From Eledone cirrhosa (taxonomy: Eukaryota), in contig OZ024743.1 in assembly GCA_964016885.1 (NCBI GenBank), positions 38,130,001 to 38,194,000 on the forward strand: DNA of 64,000 bases, in the 5' to 3' direction. Both the position numbers and the translations under genes were made by a program. The notes beneath the pieces are model-generated. The model searched no databases and was not told where the DNA came from. It saw only the letters and a list, made by a program, of their open reading frames with translations. Below are positions 34,877-54,576 of this stretch, piece by piece (positions within the stretch are counted from its first letter, which is position 1; each line of letters starts with the position of its first letter).

Positions 34877-35102
34877 TTATATATATATATATATATACAT
34901 ACATATATATAAATATATATATACGTATATAATATATATATGTATATGTATATATATAATATATATATATATACATCAGTTAATTACTGCCGTCTGAAAA
35001 TATCTTATTCTTCTCTAACAGGATAGGAAACGATGATCAAAAATATCCGATGAGAAAATAAGAAATATATAGCCATATATATATATATATATGTGTTTGT
35101 AC

Positions 35103-35156
<54 letters not shown>

Positions 35157-35262
35157 GTACAAACACGCACACACACAAATATATATATATATACGTACAT
35201 ATACATCTAAATATATATCTACACACACACACACATATATAAATATGTATATATACATACAT

Positions 35263-35335
<73 letters not shown>

Positions 35336-37590
35336 GGAAAGTAGAAACAGTTAAAAACAACATACATACTACCAGAAAAAAATAATAAAATACAAATAAT
35401 AGCAAAATACATAAACGAGCCAAATTAATCTAGCGATTCAAAGGAAAGCGCAAAACGTTTAGATTCAATTTATTTAATCACTCGTTGATTAGAATAATTA
35501 ATATCGATTATTCTTGGTTTCACAATCGCTAAGTAATTGAATGACAACTTAAATATTCTGCCACGCAAAATAATGATGTTGTGCAAAACCATAATAATTG
35601 ATATTTTTCACGTTGGTTGAACCGTCTTCATTAACGTCATAATAGTAGATTGCATTACATTGAAGAGATGGTGCTAGTGTTTGTGATGTTGTTGTTGCAA
35701 GTGATCGTAGTATTATTGATATTTTACTATGGGGATTAAAATATCGGAAATGCATTTAGATATTAATATAAGTTTTATTCTATACATGGAAACATATGAT
35801 CACCTAAACACACACAAACTCGTATTAAGTAAAGTAGGAAGTATATATTGGTAATATATAAGCTACTAAACATGCGTGCTTGCAATACAAATATAGATGG
35901 ATATAGTCTGTCTTTTATAATTCTTCAAAAGGCTGGATAAATAACCCAACTTATATTTAAATGTATTCTTGCTGTGAAAAGTCGGTGCATATTTAAAGCC
36001 CATAGCTCTAGGATTGTGTTTTTCTTTTTAAAATATTAAGATAGTAGATTCCAATTTATAGGAAATTTTCGTGGAATTTCAAGCAGATGGTGTAACTATG
36101 TGAAGGCTCTTTTGCACATAAAAGAAGTAAAATGGTATGTTACCGTGCACCCATTTGTGTCAAAAGCAACTTAAATATAAACGTGTCCAAAAACATAGAT
36201 AAAGAAAATGTACCTACAAAAAATACACCAGTACAGTGTTTCATAAAAATAAATAGAAAAAGAAACCCAAAAAACTAAAATTTGGACCCAGCCGATTGAC
36301 ACATTGCTAGACTTTGAAATATGTACAGCGCGTGTAACAAGTTTCCATTAGGAGATTTCATGAGCAATGCTATAATAGTCGTGAATAGAACGTTTAATTC
36401 CTATAGGTCTGCTCATTAACATTGTGTCTGGGTCAGAATGTTTTTACACTTTATTAAAAAAAGAACAAACAAATTTAAAATTCATTTATAACATTATGAT
36501 AGAATATAAGGGGGTGAAATGTATGTGAATGTGTGTGTGTGGGGTGGGCTGGGGGGTGTTGGGGGGGTATACATTCTACACAATTTGCTATTTACATATA
36601 TCGACAACTATCCATAGAAAAAATAGGAAAGGCCATGCAGTGGGGGAAAGCCAGTGATACACACTGCATTATCTATCCACATACGAGGGGTCGTCCTTCA
36701 CAAAAGCCTCGTATTGACTAACGTCTTGAAGGAAATTCGGGAAATGGAAATCATACGTGAGGCCTCGGTAGATACACACACAACTACATACGTGTGTGTT
36801 TATGTAAATATCTGTGTGGTGCCAATGTTTGCATTCATAATTACTATTGTATTATGTCCTGTAACAAGCGGTTCAACAAAAATATATCGATAAAATTTTT
36901 AAAATGATCCGATGTCGATACGACCGACTAAATCCATTCACAGCGCTGTTTCATCATGGCGTCACTCTAGTGACTGAAACGAGTAAAAGAATAACATATT
37001 ATATGTTTGGGAATTATTTGCCATCTCACGTCATTTGAGAACCAGCTATAAAGTTACGTTACAGTTGATGCATCGTATTTCTCCTACTAGTAGAAACATG
37101 TTCCCTGCTGAGTTAGCATATAATCAGTGAAATATGTACTAAAGCATGCAACGTGCTATTATCAGGATTACTGAAAACTCTATTGCTGCACCACCATATT
37201 TTATGGAAGTAGAGAGTGAAGTTGTTTTAACGTTCGTGTGTTTTATTGCAGTATAAGGAAATCTGCGTCGCTGTTTGAATCATTTTCAGTAACTCAATCG
37301 GAATGTTTTTAGTGAGAAATCATTAAAGACATTTTGATTTCCTTATAAAACTATGTTTTAGACGTGCCAATATATGCGTATACCATTAGGTTAGCAGAAA
37401 TAGCAATTGATTTCACTGTAAGATGAACTATTAGCATCTCAACTAAAGGTGTTATAAATGCCACGTATTTATGTATTTCTATTGCAAAGAAATATGTACA
37501 ACAGCTACATTTATATTCCCTCTTTCACTGTATTATACGGTGGTGTATGGACACAATGAATATGTTAAAGTGAAAAGTTGTATAGATATA

Positions 37591-37690
37591 CAGGGTCTCC
37601 CCCAGATATGTATACACACTTCAACAGCATTCTAAACATTATTGCCTGTAGAGGTACTCAGAGTGCTTTAAATTTTTGGGTGACACCCTG
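37591..37690. mobile_element. 100-bp Tc1/mariner-type MITE
   Basis: TIRs cagggtctccccca / tgggtgacaccctg, with TA on both sides. Confidence 0.7.
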
Positions 37691-37710
37691 TATATATATA
37701 TATATATATA

Positions 37711-38151
37711 AAAGTTCTATTTAAATTGTTGGGATACAACAAGCAAATATTTTTATAACTGATATAACTCAACAAATTATTGGAGTAAAATACGATATAT
37801 TAACAAATGGAAACTATATTTATAAAACCATATTTGTTTCATTATACATATTTCAAGGACACCAAGTTAAATTATGGTGTGCTTTCATCAGAGAAAATAT
37901 AATATAGAGCAGTTTTATAAATAAATATTGACATACCCTTAAAGAATGCGACCATTACTGTTGGAAGCTCCCGGGAGCTTCCAACAGTAATGGTCGCATT
38001 CTTTAAGGGTATGTCAATATTTATTTATAAAACTGCTCTATATTATATTTTCTCTGATGAAAGCACACCATAATTTAACTTGGTGTCCTTGAAATATGTA
38101 TAATGAAACAAATATGGTTTTATAAATATAGTTTCCATTTGTTAATATATC

Positions 38152-38155
<4 letters not shown>
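37711..38155. mobile_element. Family B HHR element forming a 366-bp spacerless palindrome
   Basis: 37790-38155 is self-complementary about ccc|ggg (37972/37973). HHR CUGAUGA-aag..cacca/uggug..cuu-GAAA-uaugua-UA at 38054-38102. Confidence 0.85.
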
Positions 38156-38191
<36 letters not shown>

Positions 38192-38971
38192 GGGTGTGTG
38201 TGCATTGAGGTGTGCGTGTGTGCGTATGTGTGTGTGCGTGTGATTGTGTACCTATGTTTGTATGCATATACTCTATCGTCCCGCTCTATAGAAAATTATG
38301 AAATAAAATACTGTATTATATATGAAGATTTTTAATATTTTTCCTCGATGCATATTCTATACACAGGAAACATTTAAACTATTAAACAATTGTATTTAAT
38401 AATTCTCTTTTTTTTATTTTCCTTTAGTTTGTGCTATTCTTCTGTATGTTTACACATACAATTACAAAGTTCTTTTTGCTGTTCTGCATTTATAATATTC
38501 CTATTCAGTATATGAAGAATAGAACAATATATTCTTTGACGAATAAAACAACAAAGATGGAGACACATACAACATCCGTAGCATAGTGTGAAGTTTGTAT
38601 TTTCACTATTTCTATTCTCCGTAACGATTACAATATTACTAGCCGCAGGTGAGTATATCTAGTCTATATAGTAACTGTACTGAACTACTTGCTCGTATCG
38701 TTTCGTGCATTTGAAAATTTCTCTTATTCTACATTATGTGTGACATTTTATATCAAATCGGAATCACAGTTATATGGTCTCCTGATCATTTGCACAATAT
38801 GGAAACATAGTAATCTCTTTGCACTTCAAACCTTGTAAGGACATGACAAAATGTGAAAACGGAAACCTTTTTGAAAGCCTATTAGATGGACTGCACCTAT
38901 TATTGAAAGAACCAATCTCGTCAAAAGTTGCGACACAATCATACTCTCTGATAATTATATTAAGGGTACAC

Positions 38972-39157
38972 GGTGGATTGGCAGTATCGGTAGAGGGTCG
39001 GACGCCATGCTTTGATGCATAGAGTTACGGCCCTTGCTATTCTGAGTTCAAATCCCGCCGAGGTTAACATTGCCTTTCATCCTTACGGGGTCGATAACAT
39101 AAAGTACCAGTAATGTACTGGGTAATTTCTGGCCTTGTGCCAATAGTAGAAACAATT
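38972..39157 (+). mobile_element. Full tRNA-derived SINE with target-site duplication
   Basis: A and B boxes present. attatattaagggtaca is duplicated at 38954-38970 and 39155-39171. Confidence 0.9.
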
Positions 39158-39404
39158 ATATTAAGGGTACAAATATTTTTGCTGACCTCAGCACTTGCAC
39201 ATAAACAAGATAGGATATTCAATTTGATAATATGCTAACATCCGTACAAGATGTCAGATTAAATGGCACTTTATTTTATCGTCTCCGAAATGATTAAAGG
39301 CAAAGTTGTCCTCGGCAGTAATTGAATCCAGAACGTAACTAAATACCACAAAACATGTTGTACTGACGTCTTTCTTAATTCATTTCCCTTTACTTCAAAT
39401 CAAT

Positions 39405-39612
39405 AATTGTTTCTACATTTCGCACAAGGCTAACAATTTGAAATGAAGGTCGATTAAATCGACCACCTTGCCTTACTGGTGCTCAATTTAATAGACCCCA
39501 CAATGATGAACGGTAAGCCTAACCTCGGTAGAGTTTCAACTCAAAACTTAAAGAGTGGTTACTATATACCGCAAATCATATTGCCGACGCTCCTACCAAC
39601 ATTGTCAATCCA
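39405..39612 (-). mobile_element. Older, diverged SINE copy (another fragment at about 39260-39345)
   Basis: aattgtttctac...cacaaggc...tactggt...gacccc...aacctcgg...aactca. Confidence 0.6.
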
Positions 39613-42220
39613 ATGCCACTTTTGTTTCATCGTGGAGACCCTTTAAAACTGATATGGATTATTTCAAAATTGCACTGGTTTGAAAGTATCCATTTACAAA
39701 ACGCTTTTCAGTTTAGATTTTGATTTTATTATATTAGTTTAGTTGAGCAAAGATGAAACATTTAGATTCCTCAGCTATCAATTATTATGAATTTATATTA
39801 ATTTCGAGTAATTACCTTGATTATTTGAAGAGCGTTGATCGCATCTACTTCCGCTTATGACCAAATATCGTACGTGCGTTCCATTCAGATTTTATACACT
39901 ACCGTTGTGTTTTGATATCTGATTGTTGGAGTTATAAAAACATGTTCTCTACAGGAAATGATGCTATTGAAGTTGGACAGTCCTAACGGCATCGAAATAA
40001 ATATACATCGGTATTTGTTCAGATTCACTGCATTCAAAACTTATTGATGTCAATATTGCCTGTCAAACTTTCGAGGTCGATAAATAAAAACCAATCCAGT
40101 ATAGTACTGAGCTGTATGCCTGAGGTCGATACAATATTGCACCAGTCATGTAATCGTGTACATAATCGAGATTCTTCTGCACCCCATATTTCTAGTCTCC
40201 TACTTAAATATAAATGTCAACCAGCGGTGTATATATATAGTATCGTTCGTCCCACAACAATGACAAATAATAATTGCGATGCCGACAATTGCGTGACAAA
40301 TGAAGAATATTTTACAAGTCTTATTATTGAATTGTAAAGCTAAATATTACCTATCACGTGCAACAGTCACTGAATTGAATGACTGAAAGAGATCCCAGTG
40401 TGGTGGACTTTATTTTAACATATACACAAAGAAGTGAATAATTTCATCTGAACGTTGTGGCAGAAAAGAACATAGTTTTGAATAATGCTTCTTATTGAGT
40501 TAATTATTATATTCAAATGGTGTATATGATATATACTTACAACTGGATTGCGTGGACGGTTCATGATTTTACAACTCCCACATATTATTGTACAGGTTGG
40601 TAACTCTACTTCCTGTTGTACTTTAAATTCATGACGACGAATTCAGTAACAAAATATAATGTAACTTAATATAATATATTCATTTTGCTTCAGTATGCAC
40701 GATATCGAATACTGTAAACCTGACGACACACAACTATATACAAAGGAATTGCAATGCACGCACATACACACACGCACGCGCACACACACACAGACACACA
40801 CACATACACGCACGCGCGCGCGCACACGCACACACACATGAACACACGCACACAAACACACACACATACACACACGCACGTGTGCGCACACACACACACA
40901 GACACACAGACACACACACAGACACACACACATACACAAACGACGCACGCTCGCACACACACATGAACACACACACTGACAGAAACACACACAGAGACAC
41001 ACACACATATATATAGAGAGAGATACAGAGAAAGAGAGAGAGTGAGATACACATACATAGAAAGAGAGGTACACATACACTAACACGCACATATATATAT
41101 ATATAATGTTATACATTGTGAGGGTCATACTCCAGGTAAAGACACACGCACCTGTCGGTTTTCATTTCAATTATTATTTTAATTTCCAAGTAGATTAGTT
41201 TAATAGCCAGATGGAGGTTTAGTTGTTGATTGTTATCAAATCTCTTTCGTCACACATTCTGGGACCTACTCAGTGACTACATTTGTTGATATTTTGTGTC
41301 TCTTATTTGTTGTTTTTCACCACGCTGTTTTGTTCCTATATGTTTTATTTATTTATTTATTTTATTTATTTTATTTATTTTATTTATTTTATTTATTTTA
41401 TTTATTGATACGCTTATTTATTTATTCTTTTCTCTTCTTTCACTATTCGGTTACTTGTTCTATCTGTGTGTGTCCGGTTTACCATATCAGTTTAGTTCTC
41501 GTGGGTCTATATGTTTATATATAGAGTCTTTATATTTTCCTTAGTTACTACGTTGTAAGGCTGCTGCTATTCCACTTGTGCTCTCTATTCAGTGTTGGTC
41601 GGAGTTAGTAATACATAGAAGCAAAAACACAAAGCCGCAAAGAAGAAATTAAGGCTTGGGCGTAACAGACATAAGATCATCTTTAGCCAATGGACAGTTC
41701 AGTCAGAGAGAGAGAGGGGGGGGGGAATAAGAGAGAGAGAAAGAGAGTGAGAGAGATGTAGAGAGAATACATTTATATATACAATGCAAACAAGAGAAAG
41801 CTACAGCAAAATGGGATTTCTTGTATATACGTACACTTATATTTCATCTCGAACGGCTGTAGCACTCTTTGAGTTGAATTGAAGTGCAAGGAGGATTCGT
41901 ATTGAAGGGGAACAATAACAACTTAACTAATGCCGTTCAACTGTAAACCTATTTTTCCAATTCACTCATTATGCACAACCAACCCATAATTTACACAAGT
42001 TTTGCAATAATTCTTAGTGGTGGACTTCGGCAAAGCAGTTAGATGGCACCATTATATGATACATCATGCTTTTGGGTAACACAGTTGTAATTGGTATCGA
42101 GTAATGAACAAAAAAGTACGCGGCTAGGAAATGAACTCCTGAACAAAGACACACCTATAAACATATTAAATGCATACGTACATATACATACATACATACA
42201 TACATACAAACATACATAAA

Positions 42221-42322
<102 letters not shown>

Positions 42323-42348
42323 TAAATATATATATACATATATATATG

Positions 42349-42388
<40 letters not shown>

Positions 42389-42400
42389 TACATATATATA

Positions 42401-42511
<111 letters not shown>

Positions 42512-42554
42512 ATACACATACATATATATATATATATATGTATATATATATGTA

Positions 42555-42713
<159 letters not shown>

Positions 42714-42734
42714 TATTTTCCGTAGTGTTCTAAT

Positions 42735-43489
42735 ATGAATATTACACACAGTAGATGGACAGCTCACGTAGAGTTTGCTCGACGGTTCCAGTTGTAGTTT
42801 CAAAAGTAATCCGGAGAAAATAGAAGGATTCAAATGGATACAGTTCAGTTAAAAGGAATTTATAGACACGTGTTTCAATAACGGTTACATAACCTGAAAA
42901 GAGCTGCTATCTACAAAGTATTAGTTATGCAGACATTCAATATTTCAATGTTATTATCAATTGTTATTTCATCAGAATAATTTTATTGAGAACCTGTTTG
43001 GTTTTTATAGAGAATATTAGGAGGGAGGGGTGAAGTTGTTAGAAGAATAGTTAAGGGAGTGGTTTTTTGATAGCATTGATAATTTTTGGTGGTATTGAGT
43101 AATTAGATTCCCATCTTTTTTTTTGACATTTTCATAGAATATATTATTTGGCGTTGGTTATTTTTTCTAAATCTATAGAAGGATTAGAGATAGTATAGAT
43201 ATGCATGGTTGGTTTTGTGTTTGCACATAATTAACCTTCAGACTTAAATTTTTCTTTCAAGTGTACGTATCCTTTCGCCCACGCATTCACACACAAACAT
43301 ATATGCACACCACTACAAAATACATATACTCACATACACATACTTACATGCTCATACCTACATACATATATATATATATACATATATATATGTACATACA
43401 TACGCATTCATGTGTATACATTTTCATACTCAACTTATCTTTATATACACACGTATAGACACACACATATATACATACATACTCCTGTC

Positions 43490-43529
<40 letters not shown>

Positions 43530-44099
43530 CTTTAATACATGAATACACATACATCTAACTATACACATCAAACATATATATATATTTACTTATTTATATA
43601 CATTTTCACATATATATACATACATATGGTCGCTTTTAGACACATTCATTATAGCATATTCGCACCTATTCTCATCAGCATATCTATCCATTATTAGTGT
43701 GGTAATTTAAGGTTATTAATATACATATATATGTTGAGAAGAGATTGTTTTTATATTTTTCTAACTAGATTGAGGTTTATATAGTTGGGGGGATGTCCCT
43801 CTTTCATGTAATATTCAGCTTGTAGTGGGAAAAAAGGTTTTAGTTCGGTGACGGCAGAATAATGTTCGTTCAATTCTGTTATTAAGCAATTTTTTCTTGT
43901 GTGTGATTATGTAATAAATCTCAAGATTACATAATTTGCAGAAATTTTGACTCCTGGAAAAGCTTTGGATTTTAGCTAATTTCTCCCATTTTAGGGTAAA
44001 CTTTTGATCGCTATCCCTGAGCGTCCAAGCTTTTTCTGTTATTGAAACACGTGTCAATAAATTCCTTTTAACTGAACTGCATCCATTTAAATCATTCTA
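42735..44099 (-). mobile_element. 5'-truncated Naiad-like PLE: GIY-YIG tail, pLTR with HHR, short inverted head
   Basis: ORF 43815-44040 reads LKWEKL...CKLCNLE...LLN.R.E...CRH. 44038-44099 is the reverse complement of 42821-42882. Confidence 0.75.
42860..42980 (-). ncRNA. Type I hammerhead ribozyme with a large loop II insertion
   Basis: uuauu-CUGAUGA-aauaac[about 80 nt]guuauu-GAAA-cacgug-UC-uauaa. Confidence 0.75.
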
Positions 44100-44122
44100 T
44101 ATATATATATATATATATATGC

Positions 44123-44483
44123 AAAAGTTCTATTTAAATTGTTGGGATACAACAAGCAAATATTTTTATAACTGATATAAAGCACTCAACAAGTATTTGG
44201 AGTAAACATACGATATTAACAAATGAAAACTATATTTATAAAACCATATTTATTTCATTATACATATTTCAAGGACACCAAGTTAAATTATGATATGCTT
44301 TCATCCGGGAACTTCCAACAGTAATGGTTGCATTTTTTAAGGGTATGTCAATATTTATTTATAAAACTGATCTATATTATATTTTGTCTGATGAAAGCAT
44401 ACCATAATTTAACTTGGTGTCCTTGAAATATGTATAATGAAATAAATATGGTTTTATAAATATAGTTTCCATTTGTTAATATC

Positions 44484-44486
<3 letters not shown>
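44123..44486. mobile_element. Family B HHR element with inverted arms
   Basis: About 44209-44304 and 44391-44486 are inverted. HHR at 44382-44442. Confidence 0.8.
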
Positions 44487-44549
<63 letters not shown>

Positions 44550-44589
44550 TCTTTTACCTGTTTCAGCCATCCGGCTGAGGCCATGCTGG

Positions 44590-46665
44590 GGCATCAGAAA
44601 AATAAAAAGTACAAACAAACAAATCAACACACTAAAATCTGCCAACAGCAACACACACATTCAAAGGCTATCACCCTGCTTGAGTCAAACAAATATAACC
44701 CCCAGCAATGCATGCTGACCATCATCAATAACCAGAGAATAGCTGAAGAGAGGTGGGCCATTGAGAAAATCAAACTCAACCCCAAAGTGTTCTTCTCATT
44801 CGCTAAAAAACACAAGGTCACCGTCTCCACTGTTGGCCCCCTAGTTGATGAAAATGGCACACTCAAGGACAATGCCAAAACCATGGGCGAGATACTGCAG
44901 AAAGAATACTGCTCTGTTTTCAGCAACCCTGATATGGTCGATCTGGGCTGTATCAGTGATATTAACCCCCAACACACTATATCAGACATAACGTATGGCG
45001 CCCCTGATTTCTTAGCGGCAATAAACGAAATTAAACACAATTCAGCAGTAGGCCCGGACAGGTTCCCTGTTTGTGTCCTGAAGGTGTGTCGACACCAACT
45101 TGCAACTCCTCTTTCTAATCTGTGGAGGAACTCACTGGACACTGGCTATATTCCTGAAAACTTTCTGTACCAGTCCGTTGTCCCTGTCTTCAAAAAGGGA
45201 AATAAGTCCCTTGCAGTGAACTACTGTTCGATCTCACTCACCTCTCATATTATCAAGGTATTTGCGAGGGTGGTGAGATCACGAATAACCCACTTTCTTG
45301 AAAGCAACGGCCCGTCTGAACTCCAATCAACATGGATTCTGTAATGGAAGTCACTGCCTAACGCAGCTCCTGCATCACTTTGACGATGTTTTGAGAGACC
45401 TGCGCGAGGGCTCCAACACTGATGTCATCTACCTTGATTTCAGCAAGGTCTTCGACAGGGTTGATCATAAGATTCTACTGAAAAAAACTATCCAATGTTG
45501 GTGTGTCTGGAAGGTACTACAGTGGATCAAATGTTTCCTGACAGGCAAAACCCAGCATATTGTAGTCGAAGGAGTAAAGCCAAGCCCAGCCAAAGTCAGC
45601 AGTGGCGTCCCACAAGGCACTGTGTTGGGCCCACTTATTTTCATCACCTACATTAATGACATTACTGACATCATCAAACACAGCAACATCAGAATCTTCG
45701 CAGATGATTCCAAGCTCCCAAGGGTCATCAATGAGGTGGGTGACCGGACTTACCTTCAGTCAGGCCTACTGGCTGTTATCTAATGGGCAGAGATGAATAA
45801 TATGCTGTTGAATGAGGATAACTTTGAACTAATCCACTTTGGAAAAAAGGATGCCCTGAAACTTCCATACTCTCTTCCTTCGGGTGAAACTCTAGTTGCT
45901 TCCAATAACATCAGAGACCTGGGAGTAATTGTGGACAACAATATAAGCTGGGCCACTCATATTAACAGCAAAGTTGATATGGCCCGCAGAATGTGTTCCT
46001 GGATTCTCAGAACTTTCCAGTCGAGAGATATCCACACTGTTGTCCTTCTCTTCTCCACTTTTTCCCGACCCCACCTTGAATACTGTTATCCACTGAGGTC
46101 ACCCCACACGAAGCAAAGTATCATGAAAGTTGAAGCACCCCAAAGGTCAATTACAAAAATGATAGTTGGCATGAAAGGTCTTGACTATTGGCGTCGATTA
46201 GAAAAGCTCAAACTTTATTCTCTTCAACGTCGCTGTGAGCGCTACATTATCTGTATGATGTGGAAAATATTCCATCAGCTTAGCCCAAATGATGTTGGCA
46301 TCATCTTTAGTGTACACCCAATGCTTGGGCCCCGTGCTATCCGCCCACGACAAAAATCCCACTCACATCACATAACTACAATACGGCACAATTATTTCAC
46401 CTCAATTGGCCCTGACTCTTTAACATTATACCAAACACATCAAGGCGGAGACAGACCCCATCAAGTTCAAGAAGTCTTTGGATAAATGCCTTCAAGAAAT
46501 CCCGGATAAGCCTCCTATACCCGGATATGCCTACGTAACAATAACTCTCTGCCCGAGTGGGCCATGGAGCCCAAACACTGATTTGTAAGTCTTCGCCAGG
46601 TGGTGCTATTAAGTTAGAAATGGCCTGGGCCAATACTGGCTGAAACCTATGAAAGTTATCAAAGT
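44590..46665 (+). mobile_element. 5'-truncated second copy of the CR1/L2-group LINE
   Basis: Highly similar to 30845-32813, with YLDFSK, SGVPQGTVLGP and IFADD. Same 3' end into (TA)n. Preceded by a SINE tail fragment at 44548-44594. Confidence 0.92.
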
Positions 46666-46831
46666 TATATATATATATATATATAGTAATAATAATAAAT
46701 GTGAAGACTATAAACCAAAGAGGGTTCGATAAGGATAAATATATATCAAATATATAAGAACCGTAGAGGGTGAAAGCAGCGATTCTTAGCTTAAACTTTA
46801 ACATGTTATTTTTATATATATATATATATAC

Positions 46832-47057
46832 TTAAAAGAATAGAGGTGTAACACAGGAGTTGTGATATATTGGTAAAAGAAAAAGAAAATACTGACAAAT
46901 TGTTCCCAGTGAAAAATAGTTTATGTAGGAATAAGTAAAAATTAGTAATAAGTATTGGTTAGTATTCAGTTTCAGTTTTAAGTTTTTACCGGTTGCGCAT
47001 TTCTAATGCTTTTCAAAACTAATTTTGAGATAGAGCGCCCGTGATGTTTGCTCTAAT
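46832..47057 (-). mobile_element. Solo fragment of the Neptune-type pLTR end
   Basis: Matches 7345-7570. Confidence 0.8.
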
Positions 47058-47059
47058 CA

Positions 47060-51510
<4,451 letters not shown>

Positions 51511-51640
51511 TATAATTTACATACGTAGGTGGGCGCGCATACACACAGGCCCAGACACGCCACGCACGCACATATATATATAAATATATATATGTGGTTA
51601 TATAGGTATTTATACATGTATGTATTTTCGTATGCATGCT

Positions 51641-51729
<89 letters not shown>

Positions 51730-52053
51730 TCTGTGTGTATGCATGCATATGTGTTTGTATGAGTATGTTTTTTCTGATTGTGTGTGCACGTGCACCTGTA
51801 TGTGTTGTTCCTTTATGACATTTTCAATTATACCCGAAGCAATGCTAAACTTCTAATCAGAATAAATTAAAATTTTTTAAATATCTGAGGTAGATTTTGA
51901 CAGTAATATCTCATTACAATTTTTTTTCTTGAACATTTTTTTCCATTCTAACATCAAATCCTCAATATATGACCATTAATAGTAATGTCTTGGTTAAAAA
52001 TTATTAACTGCATGTCATGAATGTTCGTGCAAACTGTAGTAAAGTAAATATAT

Positions 52054-52135
<82 letters not shown>

Positions 52136-53754
52136 TTATACACATATATTTATATATGTGATTGTTTTGGTGTGTGTAAAATTGTTGGGCACACCTGTAC
52201 GTACGTACGTATGTATGCACGTATGTATGTATGTATTTACGTACGTATGTATGTATGCATGTATGTACGTATATATGTATGTACGTACGTATTTATGTAT
52301 GTATGTATGTATGTATGTATGTATGTATGAACATAAATGTTTGTATGTATACCTTATTGGTTTCAATAGGATTAATATTTTTACAACTTTTTTAATCAGA
52401 AATGTTGCTTTTTTAATGTCAGTTGTTTCATTCAACAATCGCTTTTTCTAGAGCACATTTCTACTTCAATAATGAATTTTTTTCCATTTGTTTAAAAGCC
52501 ATATGGACAGAAAATGGTCGCATTGGGAGCTAAATCAATTTCCATATTGATATAAAGTATTCTTCAATGGTGTCAAATAGCGCAAGCTACCATAGTATAA
52601 TATGCAGTAGTCAATGTAACAGATGACTCATCAATTACATTAAACAAATACTTCATAGCGAAAGTACATAGAATATATGAGAAATGTTCGATGAGTTATC
52701 TCCCTTATATAAATGGCTGTTATGAAGAGTAGCCACGAAACCAAAAATCATGAGAAGTGACGTAATGTTGACTTACATCGACTGCGTACAAGCTTGGTAA
52801 TATATTTTATCAACACAAGAAAAAGGAAAGAAAATGTTGAACTCGGCGGGTTTGAATATGACAATGTATAAATGTATAAACCTGGAAGAAACAACACAAG
52901 CCATTTTGTCAGGTACAATAAAGATTTTGCCTTTAACTTATGTCATTAACGCTAAGTTATTTAATTAATGAATGCATATGGTTTATATTTATGTTTATAC
53001 AATTGATGATAGAAATTAAGAATACATAATTGGTAGGCATCACCAAAATTCGGATGGAGATAATATACAACTCCATCGCTCTCCTATTGGGTAAACCATT
53101 CGAAATTCTTTCCAAGACCCTGAGCCAACTTTCATCATATATTCTGCAAAGGAAATACGATGGTATATAACAATATCCGATTTCCAGACATCCGTACTGT
53201 ATATTGACATACAAAGGATGCTTTGGTTTTCTGTATATTATAGATGGAAAACCTAACGCTTAGTATATAATGCAGCAACTGGAAATTTATTCCAGCAACC
53301 ATCCGGAAAACAATAAAAACAGTGGGGTAGTAACGAGGATAAATAGATACAGGACTGCACATGTACGGATAACGTGACCCAACCTAATTATTAGACTACA
53401 TGAAACAAGTTGCCGGAGAATAACCAGAATTACAAACACGTACTTCAAACAAAATAGATGAATCGTAGATATTGAGTGAAGCAGATTTCAATAAATAAAA
53501 CAAGTTAGTTGTTTAACACAAATTAAAAACACAAGGCATAGGTGAAGACTACACAGCAAAAGAAAATTATCCTAGACAACTGGGTAGACATGTGGTACCA
53601 TTTTTAGGGAAAAGAAAAACTGGAAATTAGGACCAAAATTCAGGAAGATGAGGAAACAAATTACTATTATGAAGGTAGTTAGTGTAGTGTACTCTGGAGG
53701 TTTCGTTTACCATTCTAAATATATAACACCATGACAGTCGCCAAATCAAATGAC

Positions 53755-53804
<50 letters not shown>

Positions 53805-53807
<3 letters not shown>

Positions 53808-54316
53808 AGATACAATTTGGCTCCATTGGGCTGCGCTTTCTAGCAAAAAGCCTACCAGCCGTAAGCAACTAATCACATCCTTTCTAACTTCACCGCTGCC
53901 ACGTCACGATTCTTAGCCATTTATTAATGTATTCTTGGCGCGATCATTTTGGAAAATTAATTGTCTAAATTTGAGCTAACTTCTGAAGAATCCGAAGCTC
54001 TAGATATCCCATGTTATCGGATGTCTTAAAATACGGACGAAACCATGGTAGAGGAAATTAAATATGTACGCATTTCTTCTAGTTCATTTTACACCTAATT
54101 CTGTTTAGTTGACCGTACATGCTGTCGAAATATTCGATAAATACTCAGTCGTAGCCTCCGCGAAGGGGCTGCTTTCGGTTATTTGTCTGAGATTTCTTCA
54201 TAGGAGCCTTTATTCTTATGGCTTGGTCTAATTGATTTTTTATATGGTTAATTATGCTGATTGGGAGAGGAAACGGTATATATTTTATCTGGTGATTCTA
54301 TAGACATGTTTTATGA
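53805..54316 (+). mobile_element. Family D HHR element
   Basis: cuu-CUGAAGA-auccg/cggac-GAAA-ccaugg-UA-gag at 53980-54053. Confidence 0.75.
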
Positions 54317-54494
54317 TATATATATATATATTAATATATATATATATCATATCTGCGTTTACAGATTGACTTTGTTAGTTTCAGAAGATCCGGTTAAGGG
54401 TGAAAGCACCGATTCGTTGCTTAAACTTTAATCTGTTATTTTAATAAATATATATATTAATATATATATATATATATTAATATATACATATATA

Positions 54495-54576
<82 letters not shown>

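Larger units (their letters stand above)
38428..40337 (+). pseudogene. Candidate two-exon remnant of a small secreted-protein gene
   Basis: Acceptor ttttcctttag|38428. Signal-peptide-like VKFVFSLFLFSVTITILLAA at 38588-38647. Donor cag|gtgagt at 38648. Acceptor ttctctacag|39955 keeps the frame of ORF 40044-40337. No ATG and one TAA. Confidence 0.25.

Noticed and set aside
52957-53362. Short ORFs in comparatively unique sequence
   Set aside because: No recognisable motifs. A homology search would be needed to call them.
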